DNA from: Caecitellus pseudoparvulus
Taxonomy: Eukaryota; Protista; Bigyra: Bicosoecida
Direction of reading: 5' to 3'
Assembly (NCBI GenBank): GCA_965644315.1
Contig: CBFFRQ010000078.1
Location: 124,001 to 188,000 of the forward strand
Length of the DNA stretch: 64,000 nucleotides
In this document: positions 12,913 to 24,002 of the stretch, in pieces
Position numbering within the stretch: the first letter of the stretch is position 1
How the letters are laid out: each line of letters starts with the position of its first letter
Position numbers and translations under genes: made by a program
The notes under the pieces: model-generated
Seen by the model: the letters and a program-made list of their open reading frames with translations, nothing else
What the model was told of the DNA's origin: nothing
Databases searched by the model: none

Positions 12913-14789
12913 CTACCTCGAGGAGGACATGGAGGCCACAACAGGCCACAGCAGGAGGCGCGTGCGCTGCGAGCCGGCGGCCTCGCCTGCATCGCCTAGC
13001 GAGGCTCCAAAGAGCCCCGCGGCCGTGTGCTCCTCCTTCGCTTCTGGCTTGCCAGCGTGCCAGGACCTGCCCGTCGCGATGGCCAGCATGGTGTTGCTGG
13101 CATCCATGGCTAAGGCCGTGATGGGGGGGCTCTCCTCCTCCCCATCCTTCAGCTGCAAGTTGGCACAGCGCTGGCGGTTATCCACGTCCCAGAACGTCAG
13201 CTCGCCCTGCCCACTCGCACTCATGCACAGCTGCCCCGTGCACAGGCGCTCGCGAGCTTGGGTCGCGCCGCGCACATACCGCCCCATCCACGCCAGCCGG
13301 TGCATGACCGTCGGCGGTACGTGACCAAAGGCACCCACCTCCGCATCATCAAGGGGCGCTGTTTCTTCCAGGCTCGAGGGCACGGTGGCGGCCTGGGTGA
13401 ACAGCTGCCCACTGCGAGTAAAGTGTGTGTCATCGCCAGGCCACTCCAAGAACGCCAGCTGGTCAAGGAACGTGTACTTGCGGCGGCCCATGCACCGAGC
13501 CACCTCGTGGGCTTCAGGCGCACTCCACCACTCCAGCACAGTGGGCGTCATGGCGTGGCTGCGGCCCTGCTGGCTGCGGTGGCACTTGTACGCGTACAGC
13601 TGCCGCTGCGTCGCGGGTGACCCGGGTGGGCCCACGTGACTCACCGCCGTGCGCCCCTCCACCCCCGTGTACGACAGCGACCCCACACGCTGCGGGTTGG
13701 GCGCCAGGATGAAGGAGGACAGCTCCAGGGTACTTTTCAGGCCGTCCACGCGCTTGAACGCGACAGGGGCGGTGGCACCCGTCCCTTCCAGCGCCAGCAC
13801 GCGCCAGCCGGCAGTCTGCCCCATGACGTACAGGAGCCCATGAGCCCCCCGTGCCGTGTTGATGGCTTCCCCCATGTCGTACAGGCTCTCCAGCTCCACA
13901 GGCTCGGCGTCATCAGTCGCCTCGCCCTCCGCGTCACCTGCTGCCTCTCCCCAGGATGTGGTGTCCAGCTCCAAGTGCTCACACCCGTGCACTAACGCAG
14001 GTTTGCCGTACCCGACCACTGCCAGGCCACACCGGAAGGGCTGCCCCTCCAACTCGTCCAAACTGGCCATGTGCGTGCGCTTCGTGTCGTGCCATTGCGT
14101 CGCATCGTGTGGCAGCCACGCCACGCTGTGCAGGGGTCCGCACCCAGCGGGGGCCGTGTACGGGATGGACACGGTGCCGGTGGTGGCGTCCACCAGCGCC
14201 ACAGCATCGGAGGCGCCCACCACTGCCAGGAGGGGGCGGCAGGTGTCTGGTCCCTCACCCACACCCACTGGGCGCCACTGCATGTCCAGTACCGGCACGC
14301 CAATGGTCACGACGTGTGTCAGGCTAGCCTGCAGGTGTGCCGCGTTCCAGCCGGTGTGCAGCGTGTCTTCTAAGTTCTTAGACGAGAAGTCCTCCTCCCC
14401 CCGGGCAAAGGCGTCCGTGACGCTGTACAGCAGTACCTGCGAGGGCGGCGAGGTGTAGCGTGAGGAAGGGGGGGGTGGGCACAAAGTGAGGGGGGCTACG
14501 AACTCACCCGACCACACCAGGTGCCGATGGCCAGCAGGGAGTGCCGCCGGTTATGCCAGCGCATGACGCTGATGGTGTCAGTGTGCAAGGGCAGGGCCAC
14601 TTCAATTCTGTTCCTGCGCATCCAGCGCCAGTCGTCGTTTGCGTCGTCCAAAGAGCTGGTCAAGTCATTGGTTGTCGGCGCCAGCTCCACGCCTGCAGCC
14701 GTGGAAACCTCTGCCGCCGCACCGGCCGCTGCAAAGGAGCCCACCTTGGAGGCCAAACCAAAATCGCTCAACGATCCAAACGCTGCCAT
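12913..14789 (-). CDS. Divergent Rae1/Bub3-family WD40 protein (more Rae1-like), 1 intron near 14437-14507
   Basis: FG-containing N-terminus (MAAFGSLSDFG), IEV..TDTISVMRW..LLAIGTW, VEGRTAV (family SIEGRVAV), YAYKCHR (FxFKCHR), SASGQGELTFWDVDNRQR, ITALAMDASNTMLAIATGRSWHAG. Confidence 0.75.
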
Positions 14790-15199
14790 GGCGCTTCGAC
14801 GTCTGAGCGCAGAGTGGCAACGCGTAGCACGGCACTCGGCGTGGTGGCGCTTACCGTAAGTTCCTTCACTGCCTGCAGCGTGCCTGTGCCGCAAGTGCGA
14901 GTGCAGAAGCCAGGACTTGCACCACGTCAGCGGGATAGGTGCGTGCTGCAGGAGTGCGGGGTGGGCTAGGTTTTGTTCAATGGTACCACCTGCACTTTGC
15001 ACGTTGGACAAGCTGGGGTTTCGCACACGTTTCGCGAGGACAATTCCCCCACTCACGCGAGAAGCGCCTGCCTTTCTTGAACCTCCTTGAGCTACAATCG
15101 CCTTTTTCTGGGCATTGCTCCCTGCTGCATCTTCCCGCGCGCTACAGGGAGGGGGGCGGACCTGCCCAGTGCTTGGCCCGTTTCGGCGGCGTTTCGCCC

Positions 15200-16391
15200 A
15201 TGGACACGGTGCAGGTGCTGAGCGTCATTGGCACTGGGACGTACAGCGATGTGTATGCAGGGGTGGTAAAGGACAGTGGCGAGGAGGTGGCGCTGAAGCG
15301 CCTGAAGCCAGACCATTCTGCCGCCTCCACAAGTACGTGTGCAGGCTGGAGCAGCACCAGGCGGCTTGCAGGTTCCTCGCCGCCACACTTCGCAGGCCTC
15401 CCCCGCGCCGTGCGCAACGAAATCAAGGCGCTGGCGGCCCTGCAGCATCCAAATGTAGGGGGTGCATGCTTTCGCTCTCGCGCCCACGCCTCACCCCGCT
15501 GTGCTCCGCGCTGCCCAGATCCTGGCCCTACGCGGCGTTTTCAAGCACTCAGTGCACGTGGTGCTGGTGACAGAGCGCGCGCAGTGCTCCCTGGCCCATC
15601 TCCTGGCGACCCTGTCGCGGCCCATGAAGGAGATGGAAGTGTCTTCCGTCATGGGCCAGGCGCTGCGTGGCCTGGAACACGCCCATGTTCTGGGCTGGAG
15701 TCACCGGGACCTGGCCCCCGGCAACATTCTGCTCTGTGCTGACGGGCGTGTGGTGGTGGGGGACTGGGGACAGGCCTCTCTCAGCGTACCTGCCCCGTCG
15801 CAGGCAGGGCGTGCCTCTGAGGCCCCTCTGGAGGGGGCCAGTGGGCCCACCCGGCGGGGGGCCACCGACCCCACCGGCACCCAGCACGACGCCGTGGGGA
15901 CCAGGTGGTACAAGGCCCCCGAGAAGCTGTTTGGGGACACCAGGGGCAGTCCTGCGGGGGACGTGTGGTCTGCGGGCCTGGTGCTGGCTGAGATGCTGCG
16001 GCAGGGGGACCCACTGTGCCCCGGGGCCAACGACATCTCCCAGCTGGGCCTCGTGCTCCGGACGTTCGGGACGCCCTCCCCCGCCACCTGGGAGGGCCTG
16101 ACTGCCCTGCCAGACTACGGCAAGCTGTGCTTTGAGCCCTTCAAGCCAGTGCCGCTGCACCTGCTGCTGCCCGGCGTGAGCCCCACAGCCATTGAGGCGG
16201 TGCGTGGCATGACGCAGGTGGCGCCACCCCACCGCCTGACCGCATCCAGTCTGCTGAAGCTGCCCTTTTTCCAGGGGGTCTCCGAACACGAAGCACGGGC
16301 CTGTGTGCGGCACTTGCTGTCCGAGGTGCAGGGTCCACCTGCGGCCTCGGCACCTGCGCCTGCTGCTGCGGGTGGGGGCATGGGGCGCTAG
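15200..16391 (+). CDS. CDK20/CCRK/CDKF-like cyclin-dependent kinase, 2 introns
   Basis: IGTGTYSDVY, VALKRL, LPRAVRNEIKAL, HRDLAPGN, DWG, VGTRWYKAPEKLFG, DVWSAG, PGANDISQL, W..LPDYGKLCF. Confidence 0.8.
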
Positions 16392-16467
16392 GGGGGTTTC
16401 CAGGGGTTTAGGGCAGTTTGCCCCCCCCCCCCCCTGGGTACCGCAGAACACAGTGCATTGTGGTTGC

Positions 16468-19400
16468 TCACAGCATTGTGGGGTCCACGGGGGCACCCCC
16501 CATCCACAGGCCCCCCCCCTCCTCGTCGCTGGTGTCCGGGTCGCTGCCATCCGGCGCGGCGCCGGCCGTGGCAGGGGTGCGACTGCGTAACACGGAGGCG
16601 GACGCCGCAGTGGACTCCTGCGCCCCCTCCTCCGCCTTCCCACCTCCCCCACTGCCAGGCCGTGCCCGTGCCAGCATCTCTGCCTTGGCAGCCCGGGCAG
16701 CCTTCCGCTCCTCCAGCGCCAGCCCCAGCCCATCTCCCCGCAGCTGGGCACGCCGCACTTGCCGCTGCACGGCCAGGGAGGCGTTGTGCTCGTCGGCCTG
16801 GCGCTGGGAGAGGATGCCGCGTAATACGCCCTCCTCCACCGCCCGCTCCCCCTCCTGTGCCGCAGCCGCCAGGGCCGCGTGCTTGCTGCGCACTGTGGCG
16901 GCGACATGAGCGGCCTCGGACAGCCGTGCCGCCATCACCGCACCATCAGCCTCGATGGGTTCGCAGACGGTGAGGGGTGCCCCCTGAGGCGGCTGGGCGC
17001 ATGCTAGCGCCAGGGCGGCCTCACCCTCCCCCCCCGGCAGCAGCAGCAGCGTGCTCAAGCTGTCCACCCGCCCCGCCAATGCACTGGCCACCCTGTCCCA
17101 CGCCTGGCCCAGCACGAGCTCCCTGTAACGCATCACGACCTCCAGCGTGCAGGCCGCCGCGGGGTCTGCCGCCACACAGGCGAAGTCCCCCCCCGCCCCC
17201 GCTGCCAAGCCGTCCAGGCCGATGGCATCCAGAACACAGAACAACTTCGGGCGCAGGTCCAGGGCCTGGCGCATGGTGGCGCCCAAAGAGGGCAGGGGTG
17301 GCACGCCCCGGGCAGCGGTGGGCCCGTGTCCGCCGCCTCCCTGGGCCCACATACGCCCCGCCCGCAGCGCCTCCCGTAGTCGGTCAAAGGCATTGCCCAG
17401 GCCCCCCCCCCGACGGGGCCCGCGTCGCGTGCTGGACATGATGGCAGAGGCAGTGAGGTGGGGCGTGGGCCCACCACCATCTGCGGCGTGTGGGCCCATC
17501 CCCGCCAGCGCCGGTGCCGCATCCAGCGGGCGCCGCACCGTGTACGGCTGGGCGAGCCACTCGTCCACGGACAGGGGTGGGGGGGCGTGCCCACCCCAGC
17601 CCACCCCCCCCACCCGCGGCAGCTCCCCAAACGACCCCCGCGGCACGCCCAACTGCTGCTCCTCAGCCGCCCACAGGCGCAGGAACAGGCCCACTGCTGA
17701 TGTGCCGGTGATGTCCGATCGCCACGCACGCAGGTACGGCGCTGCGGAGGGGTGGGCCAACAGGTCCGCCAGCAGCCCCGCCACCTGCGCCACAGTGGCG
17801 GCGGAGCCCCCCTCAGCGATGTCCAGGAGGGTCTCCACCCCCCCCCCTGACAACAGCGCCACCTGGCTGGGGGGGGAGCCCTCCACTGCGCACCACAGGG
17901 TGGTCACCAGCATGGGCAGAAGACAGGGCGGGCCCGCCGCCAGCCCCTGCTCGCCGCCCCCTGCGCCTCCCCCGAACACGTCCCCTTCACTCGGAACACC
18001 ACCAGCGTCCCCCCCCCGTCCCTGGGCAGACGCCACCGCCCCCTCCACCACCCGCCGCACAGCCAGTCCTCGGCGGATAGCATCGGCGTGCCCCGCCGCA
18101 CTCTGCGCCACCGCATCCATCACGGAGGGGGCCTTGGGGCCCAGTGTCACGGTGCCAGCGGCGGGGTCCAGGGGGGTGGAGGGGGTGGGCCCAGGGGGTG
18201 GGCCCATCCCTCCGCCGCTGCCGCTGGACCCCACAGCCTTCAGCCACGTGAGCAGGGTGGCCACCCCCCCTGCCTCGCGAAGGGCAGCCTGGTTCGCGGA
18301 TGCCACCGCCGCGTCGGCGGGGTCCCCCCCTCCTTGAGGCGGGCGACAGAGGGAGCTGAGGGCGGCCAGGGCAGCTTCCACGACGTGTCCGAGGGGCGTG
18401 CAGGCGCCACCCATGGAGGCGACGACGCCACCCCCCCCCTGCTGGGCCTGCACCCCCCCTCGCAGGGCTGTGGAGGTCAGGCTCTCCGTCGTGCTGGCTA
18501 GGCCCTGACCAGGGCGGGAGACACGGCTGGACTGGCCAGGGGTGTGCAGGGGGGGTCCAGGGGGGGCCGCCCCCGCCCCTCCTCGTGAGGACCAAATGCC
18601 CAGCCCAAGCCCTGGCAGGGGCGGGGGCAGTGGGCCCACCCCTCCCCCCGGCAGCAAGCCTGTGCTGCTGCCGACACCCATTCCCACGCCCCCGCCTGAC
18701 AGGGTGGACGAGGGGGGTGTCGGGAAGGTGCCGAGGGAGGTGACGCCGCCCCCCAGCCGCGCCATGGAGGGGTGTGTGGCGGCAGCAGTGGGCCCACGTG
18801 CTCCGTCACGTGATGCGGGGGGTGGGCCCATTACCTCCGCAGCAGCGCCCGCAGTGCTGTTCAGCAGGCACACGAGGTCCTGCACCAAGCCCAGGGTCCC
18901 CGCAGCCTCGGCGAAGCCTGCGGAGGGTGGGCCCACGCTGACTCCTGGCGTGGTGTGACCCGCCCCCGCCCCACACGTCGACGCCAGCACCCGCAGCGCC
19001 AGGTACACTCGATCCGCATCGTCCTCCCCATCCACCAGCCCCGCCACGGCATCCGGGTGCAGGGGGGGTGCGTCTTCCAGTGCCCCCCCCTCATCCTCCC
19101 CACCCACCAGGGTCGCCCGCCCCCCCCCTCGCACCTGCCGCACGCTCAGCATGCCTGCGTGTGCCCGGAGGTACAGCGTGAGCACGGTGGGCCCACCCGC
19201 CGCCCCGAACACATCCAGGCAGCGCGGGGCCAACTGCAGCAGCAGGCTCAGCGCGTGCAGCTCCAGTTTCCGGCGCTGAGCGGGTGTCCAGGCCCTGATG
19301 TACGGGTGATGCGCCTGCGCCGGGTCCAGGTAGCACAGCAGGGTGTGCAGGAGCAGACTTTCAGCCACCTCCTGTAGAACGGGCAGGGCGGGGGGGGGGT

Positions 19401-20913
19401 CGCCCTCTGCCGGGAGGGGGGTTGCACCCTCCCCCGCCGCAGCAGAGTCCCCCTTGGCCGCCCGTCGGAGGGCGAGCAGCTGGTCGCGGCGTGCGACCTC
19501 CGCCCTCGCCTTGCGACGTGCCACCACCGCCTCCTCCTCGCTCAGCACCGCTGCCAGCAGCAAATCCCACAGTAGACACTTGAACTCCAGGTCGGCCTCG
19601 TCAGACGTGCCAAAGGAACGAAACGCAGCAGGCGTGGGCAGGCCCATCTCGCACGCAGTGCCGTACAGCAGGGCCTGAGGCAGCATGCCACTGGAGAGGA
19701 GCAGGGCACCCCCCCCCTCGCCCGCCCCGGAGGGGGGGGGTGCCGCAGACACCGCCGGCGGTGCCACCGGCATGCGCGTGATGAGGGTGGTCACCACCAG
19801 CACCTCATTGCGCAGCGCCCGCGTGTACACCGTGCTGGGCGCCATGAGCAGGCGGTGCAGCATGGCCGTGAACACATCCAGAACACGGGGGGTGGCCAGC
19901 AGGAAACACGCGTTCTCGGTGCGATGCTTGCGCAGAAGGGCGGGCAGAGACAGCGCGACGTCCCCCCCGTACAGCGCCGCTGTGGAGTGCTCGCACAAGT
20001 TCCACAGTGTCTCCACGGCCAGGGCCACGATGGGTTGGCGAGGGGAGTGCACGATGTCAAGTAGCGCCACTAGCGCCTCCGCCGCGCCCTGCCGAATCAG
20101 CGCCTTAGCCGTGTCCACCTGCACGCTGAGGCCTTGGATGAGCCTGGCGAGCGTTTCGAGAAACGTCGTGCTGCGGAAGGCTGGGGCGCGGGCTGTGTCC
20201 CTCCCCACCTCGACCCCCCCGTCGCTCTCCCCTTCGGATGCTGAGGAGTCGGCAGCGTCGTCGACGGCAGGCACGCCGCGGGAACCGGCCCCGCTCTCCG
20301 TATTACGCTGCAGCTGGTACTCCCCCTCGTCAATCTTGCCATCGCCGTCTACGTCCAGGCTGCCCAGCAACTCGCCCACCTCGGCCTGAAACGCGTCCAC
20401 GATGGCTGGTAGCACGCCAGCTGCACGCAGCAAGCCCTGAGCCCGCACCGCATCCTCCTCGCCACTCCCCAAGGCGTAGTGTGTCAGCACCTCAGCTGCC
20501 GTAATCTCCACCTGCATGTCGCCACACAACAGGAGAGACGCGACCTCAGCTAGAAGCGATGCGATTTCCGCACCAGCCTGGGCGCCAGCATTGGCCTTGG
20601 ACGAGTGGAAGGGGCGCGTCAGCACCCGCAGCAGCTTGCACAGCGGTGCCGTGAAAGCGCCTTCGGATGTCGGCAGTGCCTGTGCTACATTGCGCAGTAC
20701 AGCCGCAACATCCTGCAGCTGGCTTGCTGGCACCGACGCTTGGCTCGCCGCCCGCTCAAGCTCGGCGCTCTGCCGTTGCAGCAGATGAGCTGTTTCGGGG
20801 TCCGTGAACAGCGCTGCCAGGCGGCGGAAGTCCACAGCAGGGGCAGAGGGCTTGACGCCCTTTCCCACCGGGCCGGGGGACGCCGGCACCAGGCCCCTGG
20901 GGGCAAGGGACAT
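16468..20913 (-). CDS. CFAP69: Cilia- and flagella-associated protein 69 (ARM-like) with large Gly/Pro/Ala insertions
   Basis: VDFRRLAALFTDP..LLQRQ; VETLWNL; LRNEVLVV; SDEADLEFKCLLW; WTPAQRRKLELHALSLL; LFLRLWAAEEQQLGV; DLRPKLFCVL. All resemble CFAP69 motifs in the expected order. Start placed at the first ATG (20913). Confidence 0.8.
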   Translation of the reverse strand: MSLAPRGLVPASPGPVGKGVKPSAPAVDFRRLAALFTDPETAHLLQRQSAELERAASQASVPASQLQDVAAVLRNVAQALPTSEGAFTAPLCKLLRVLTRPFHSSKANAGAQAGAEIASLLAEVASLLLCGDMQVEITAAEVLTHYALGSGEEDAVRAQGLLRAAGVLPAIVDAFQAEVGELLGSLDVDGDGKIDEGEYQLQRNTESGAGSRGVPAVDDAADSSASEGESDGGVEVGRDTARAPAFRSTTFLETLARLIQGLSVQVDTAKALIRQGAAEALVALLDIVHSPRQPIVALAVETLWNLCEHSTAALYGGDVALSLPALLRKHRTENACFLLATPRVLDVFTAMLHRLLMAPSTVYTRALRNEVLVVTTLITRMPVAPPAVSAAPPPSGAGEGGGALLLSSGMLPQALLYGTACEMGLPTPAAFRSFGTSDEADLEFKCLLWDLLLAAVLSEEEAVVARRKARAEVARRDQLLALRRAAKGDSAAAGEGATPLPAEGDPPPALPVLQEVAESLLLHTLLCYLDPAQAHHPYIRAWTPAQRRKLELHALSLLLQLAPRCLDVFGAAGGPTVLTLYLRAHAGMLSVRQVRGGGRATLVGGEDEGGALEDAPPLHPDAVAGLVDGEDDADRVYLALRVLASTCGAGAGHTTPGVSVGPPSAGFAEAAGTLGLVQDLVCLLNSTAGAAAEVMGPPPASRDGARGPTAAATHPSMARLGGGVTSLGTFPTPPSSTLSGGGVGMGVGSSTGLLPGGGVGPLPPPLPGLGLGIWSSRGGAGAAPPGPPLHTPGQSSRVSRPGQGLASTTESLTSTALRGGVQAQQGGGGVVASMGGACTPLGHVVEAALAALSSLCRPPQGGGDPADAAVASANQAALREAGGVATLLTWLKAVGSSGSGGGMGPPPGPTPSTPLDPAAGTVTLGPKAPSVMDAVAQSAAGHADAIRRGLAVRRVVEGAVASAQGRGGDAGGVPSEGDVFGGGAGGGEQGLAAGPPCLLPMLVTTLWCAVEGSPPSQVALLSGGGVETLLDIAEGGSAATVAQVAGLLADLLAHPSAAPYLRAWRSDITGTSAVGLFLRLWAAEEQQLGVPRGSFGELPRVGGVGWGGHAPPPLSVDEWLAQPYTVRRPLDAAPALAGMGPHAADGGGPTPHLTASAIMSSTRRGPRRGGGLGNAFDRLREALRAGRMWAQGGGGHGPTAARGVPPLPSLGATMRQALDLRPKLFCVLDAIGLDGLAAGAGGDFACVAADPAAACTLEVVMRYRELVLGQAWDRVASALAGRVDSLSTLLLLPGGEGEAALALACAQPPQGAPLTVCEPIEADGAVMAARLSEAAHVAATVRSKHAALAAAAQEGERAVEEGVLRGILSQRQADEHNASLAVQRQVRRAQLRGDGLGLALEERKAARAAKAEMLARARPGSGGGGKAEEGAQESTAASASVLRSRTPATAGAAPDGSDPDTSDEEGGGLWMGGAPVDPTML

Positions 20914-21289
20914 GGGGGTCGCGCAGGGCTTCCAATTACCGCAAGCAACCACACGCCCTCGCACTGTCCAACGCCGCGCCCCAGAGCACTGCACGCATGG
21001 AAGGCTCATGAACCCGTGAATTATTATACAGAAAACCCGTTTTAGTGATTTTTTGCCAACAAGGAGCTGCCCCCGCTGCAGCGCGGCTGCGGGCGCGCCC
21101 GCGGCAGGCTCACACCCCAACTTTACATCATTCGCGTAACGCGAATTCGACCAGCCCAACATGAGTTGCCCCGCCCCGCCCGCCAACGCGGCACTTTCCC
21201 AAGCTGCAGTTGTCTACCCACGATTTTCTTCACGTGCACCACCACAGAGTGCATTGTGTCGCCGTGGTCCTCACAACCAGGCACCAGTC

Positions 21290-22202
21290 ATGCCTCGCTC
21301 CGCCGCTGTCGAGAAGCGCTCTCGGTAAGTGCAGTCAACCCTGCCTGCAGGGTGTTGGCTGGTGCAAGTCGGGGAAAGAGCAGAGAGCGGGCTGCCTGTG
21401 CATAGCCTGTGCCCCTGGGTCGGCTGGCTGCAGGGGCGTGCGCTGGCAGCAGCGGGAGGACTGGGTGTTGGCCGGTGGCAGTGCGGAATTCGACCCACCC
21501 CCCTGAGCTGGAACCCAGTGCTCCCCGCCGCAAGAACCGCTGGCTCGACACGCCAGCCGGCGGCGCTGTGTAGCCTCCTAGCTCTGCCATGCCTCTGCCT
21601 GTCTGCGCCCGCCTTGTGCCAACGCGCCGCTGCCGCATCGCTGCGCACGCCCCACCCTGGCTCACGCTCCTGCCCCTTCCCTCCACAGCTTCTACCCCGC
21701 CGATGATGTGCGCACCCCCCTGAACCGCAACTTCACCCCCAAGCCCACGAAGCTGCGCGCCAGCATCACCCCCGGCACCGTCCTGATTGTGCTGGCCGGC
21801 CGCTTCCGTGGCAAGCGCGTCGTCTTCCTGAAGCAGCTGGAGTCTGGCCTGCTGCTGGTCACTGGCCCCTTCTCCGTCAACGGTGTGCCCCTGCGCCGCC
21901 TGAACCAGGCCTACGCCATCGCCACCGAGCTGAAGCTGGACGTGTCTGGCGTCAAGCTGCCCGAGTCCGTGAACGACTCCTTCTTCAAGAAGACCAAGGC
22001 CGCCAAGGGCAAGAAGTCCGAGGCTGACTTCATGGCACAGGGCGCCGCTGCCGCCGGCCCCGTCGTCACCGACGAGAAGAAGTCCATTCAGAAGGCTGTG
22101 GATGCCGCCATCGAGGGCGCCCTGGGCGCTGACGAGAAGGCGTACCTGAAGTCCCTCTTCTCCCTGTCCAAGCACGACAAGCCCCACGAGATGAAGTTCT
22201 AA
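21290..22202 (+). CDS. RPL6: 60S ribosomal protein L6 (eL6); intron 21325-21688
   Basis: Exon 1 MPRSAAVEKRS-R joins in phase (GTAAGT...CACAG) to FYPADD..KLRASITPGTVLIVLAGRFRGKRVVFLKQL..GPFSVNGVPLRR..PHEMKF. Confidence 0.97.
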
Positions 22203-22347
22203 GCGCGCCCCAGTAGGAGCAATGCAAGCGGAGGAACACAATCGCACAACAAACATCGCCTGGTTCACCCCGCACACTTGTCACTAGCCATGTCAGCACC
22301 CACCACCACCGTACTACGCGCATGCTGAAGCCAGGATTGCTCCGCAC

Positions 22348-23447
22348 ATGGCTGCTGTGGCGCGCACCACCGCAAGCCGGGCCTGTGCCACGCTGGCAGC
22401 ACAGTCCCCAGTGCATGCATTGCATCGAAGATGGAGCTGGGCGTCGCTCGGCTCCCCTGCCCCCCAAGTCCACCAAGAGCGCCGCCTCATGAAGTGCGGC
22501 TCGGCGTTTCGCGGGCGTGACGTGGGCTGCCCTCACCACGACCGACCCCTCCCACTGCCACACAATCCACAGGCACGCTCCAGAAACCATGTACGCTGTT
22601 GTGGCAGATGTTGCAAATTACAAGCACTTTGTCCCGTGGTGTGTCGGCTCCAGGGTCCTCAGCTCACAGGTGCGCTGGCCGCTTGGCGTCTTGGCTGGCT
22701 CTGCCTCGGCATCAACCCCCGCCCCCCCTCGCACAGGGGTCACACATGGAGGCGGAGATGACTGTCGGCTTCCGCATGTTCACCGAAAGCTACATTTCCA
22801 AGGTCAAGTTGGACCCGCCTCGCAAGGTCGTGGTGCGTTACGCTTGACCCACGACCAATATAAAGCCAACTCCCAGCAGGCCCCCTCCCCTCCCTCCACC
22901 ACTCCAGGCCATTGCGAAGGACACTCAGTTGTTCCGGCACCTACAGAACACGTGGCTCTTTGAGCCTGGCCCCGACCCGAACACCACCTGGCTGCACTTC
23001 AGCGTGGACTTCCAATTCCGCTCCATGCTGTACAGCCAGGCTTCGGGGCTGTTCCTGAACGAAGTGGCCCACCGCATGGTGCACGCCTTCGACACGCGGG
23101 CAGCTGCGATAGGGAGCCAAGCGCCCTCTGCGGCGCCGTCCCCGGCCCCCGCCCCAGGCCCAGCGCCTCCCCACCCGTTGCGCATCCCGCCGGGCCCCTC
23201 TCCGCCGCCCCCCCGCCCCCCCGTCGCCGCGGAGGAGGTCAAGGGGCTGGTGCAGACTGCCATGCAGCTCATGTCTCCCTGGGCGCCGAGTGCGCCCGCT
23301 GCCAGTGCTGGGGAGGGCGGGGAGGGGAGTGGCAAGGCAACCCACTCTGGCGCTGCAGGAGGCGGCGGCCGGAGCACGGCCCGGGCAAGACGCCACGATG
23401 AAGTTGCAGATCGGCCCGTCTTGCCCCCTAGACGCACGCTCTGGTAG
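22348..23447 (+). CDS. COQ10: Mitochondrial coenzyme Q-binding protein COQ10 (START domain), 3 introns
   Basis: Presequence-like N-terminus; HQERRLM..APETMYAVVADVANYKHFVPWC; AEMTVGF..ESYISKV; LFRHLQNTW; FSVDFQFRSMLY..MVHAFDTRA. Confidence 0.9.
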
Positions 23448-23449
23448 GC

Positions 23450-23842
23450 TCACCGGCTGCTGCCAGTGCGGGGCGTGGGCGATGGCGAGGCAAGGCACCT
23501 GAAATCCAGCAGGTCCACCACGCCACCCGCTGCCACGCAGTCAGCCGTTGCCACAGCTGTCAGCCTGAACCGCGACAAAGCCTCGCGCTCGAAAGCCGGT
23601 AGTTCCAACGCCAGCCAGGCCCAGGCCTTGCTGGCGTGCACGCTGTCTGCGCCAGTGCTGAACGTCGCCAGCGTGCTCCACTGCCCGTCAACGTCCAGCT
23701 CCACCTTCACCTCGGTTGCACACTGGTTTCTGAAGGAGAAGCCCCACAAGTCCTTGCTGGACACCATGACATCCACGCTGAACATGCTGCGGTCTTCGCT
23801 GTCGGCGCTGCTCGTCGACGTCTCGCAGTGCAGGACTCGCAT
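23450..23842 (-). CDS. Small (130 aa) nicolin-1-like protein (possible tubulin polyglutamylase complex subunit)
   Basis: MRVLHC..SVDV..LWGFSFRNQCATEVKVE..QWSTL..AWLAL..LSRFRL resembles the remembered NICN1 pattern (LQEITFKNYYTAFLSIR..KWVTCL..ISELRL). Similarity is weak. Confidence 0.45.
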   Translation of the reverse strand: MRVLHCETSTSSADSEDRSMFSVDVMVSSKDLWGFSFRNQCATEVKVELDVDGQWSTLATFSTGADSVHASKAWAWLALELPAFEREALSRFRLTAVATADCVAAGGVVDLLDFRCLASPSPTPRTGSSR

Positions 23843-24002
23843 GATGCAGGCAATGCAGCAAATTCCGCCCACGCCGCACTCGCACCAGGCGCGCAGAAGC
23901 CACAACCAGCTGCCCTGACGGGCCAAATACGATGAGCCACCATTAAATTTTGTCTTGCAGCAGCGCGGAGTGTTGTGTCTGCAGCGGCCTCTGTGCCCCG
24001 CC

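Noticed and set aside
16392-16436. Telomere-like GGGTTTAGGG (also GGGTTAGGG near 38537)
   Set aside because: Single units only; expected by chance in G-rich DNA.
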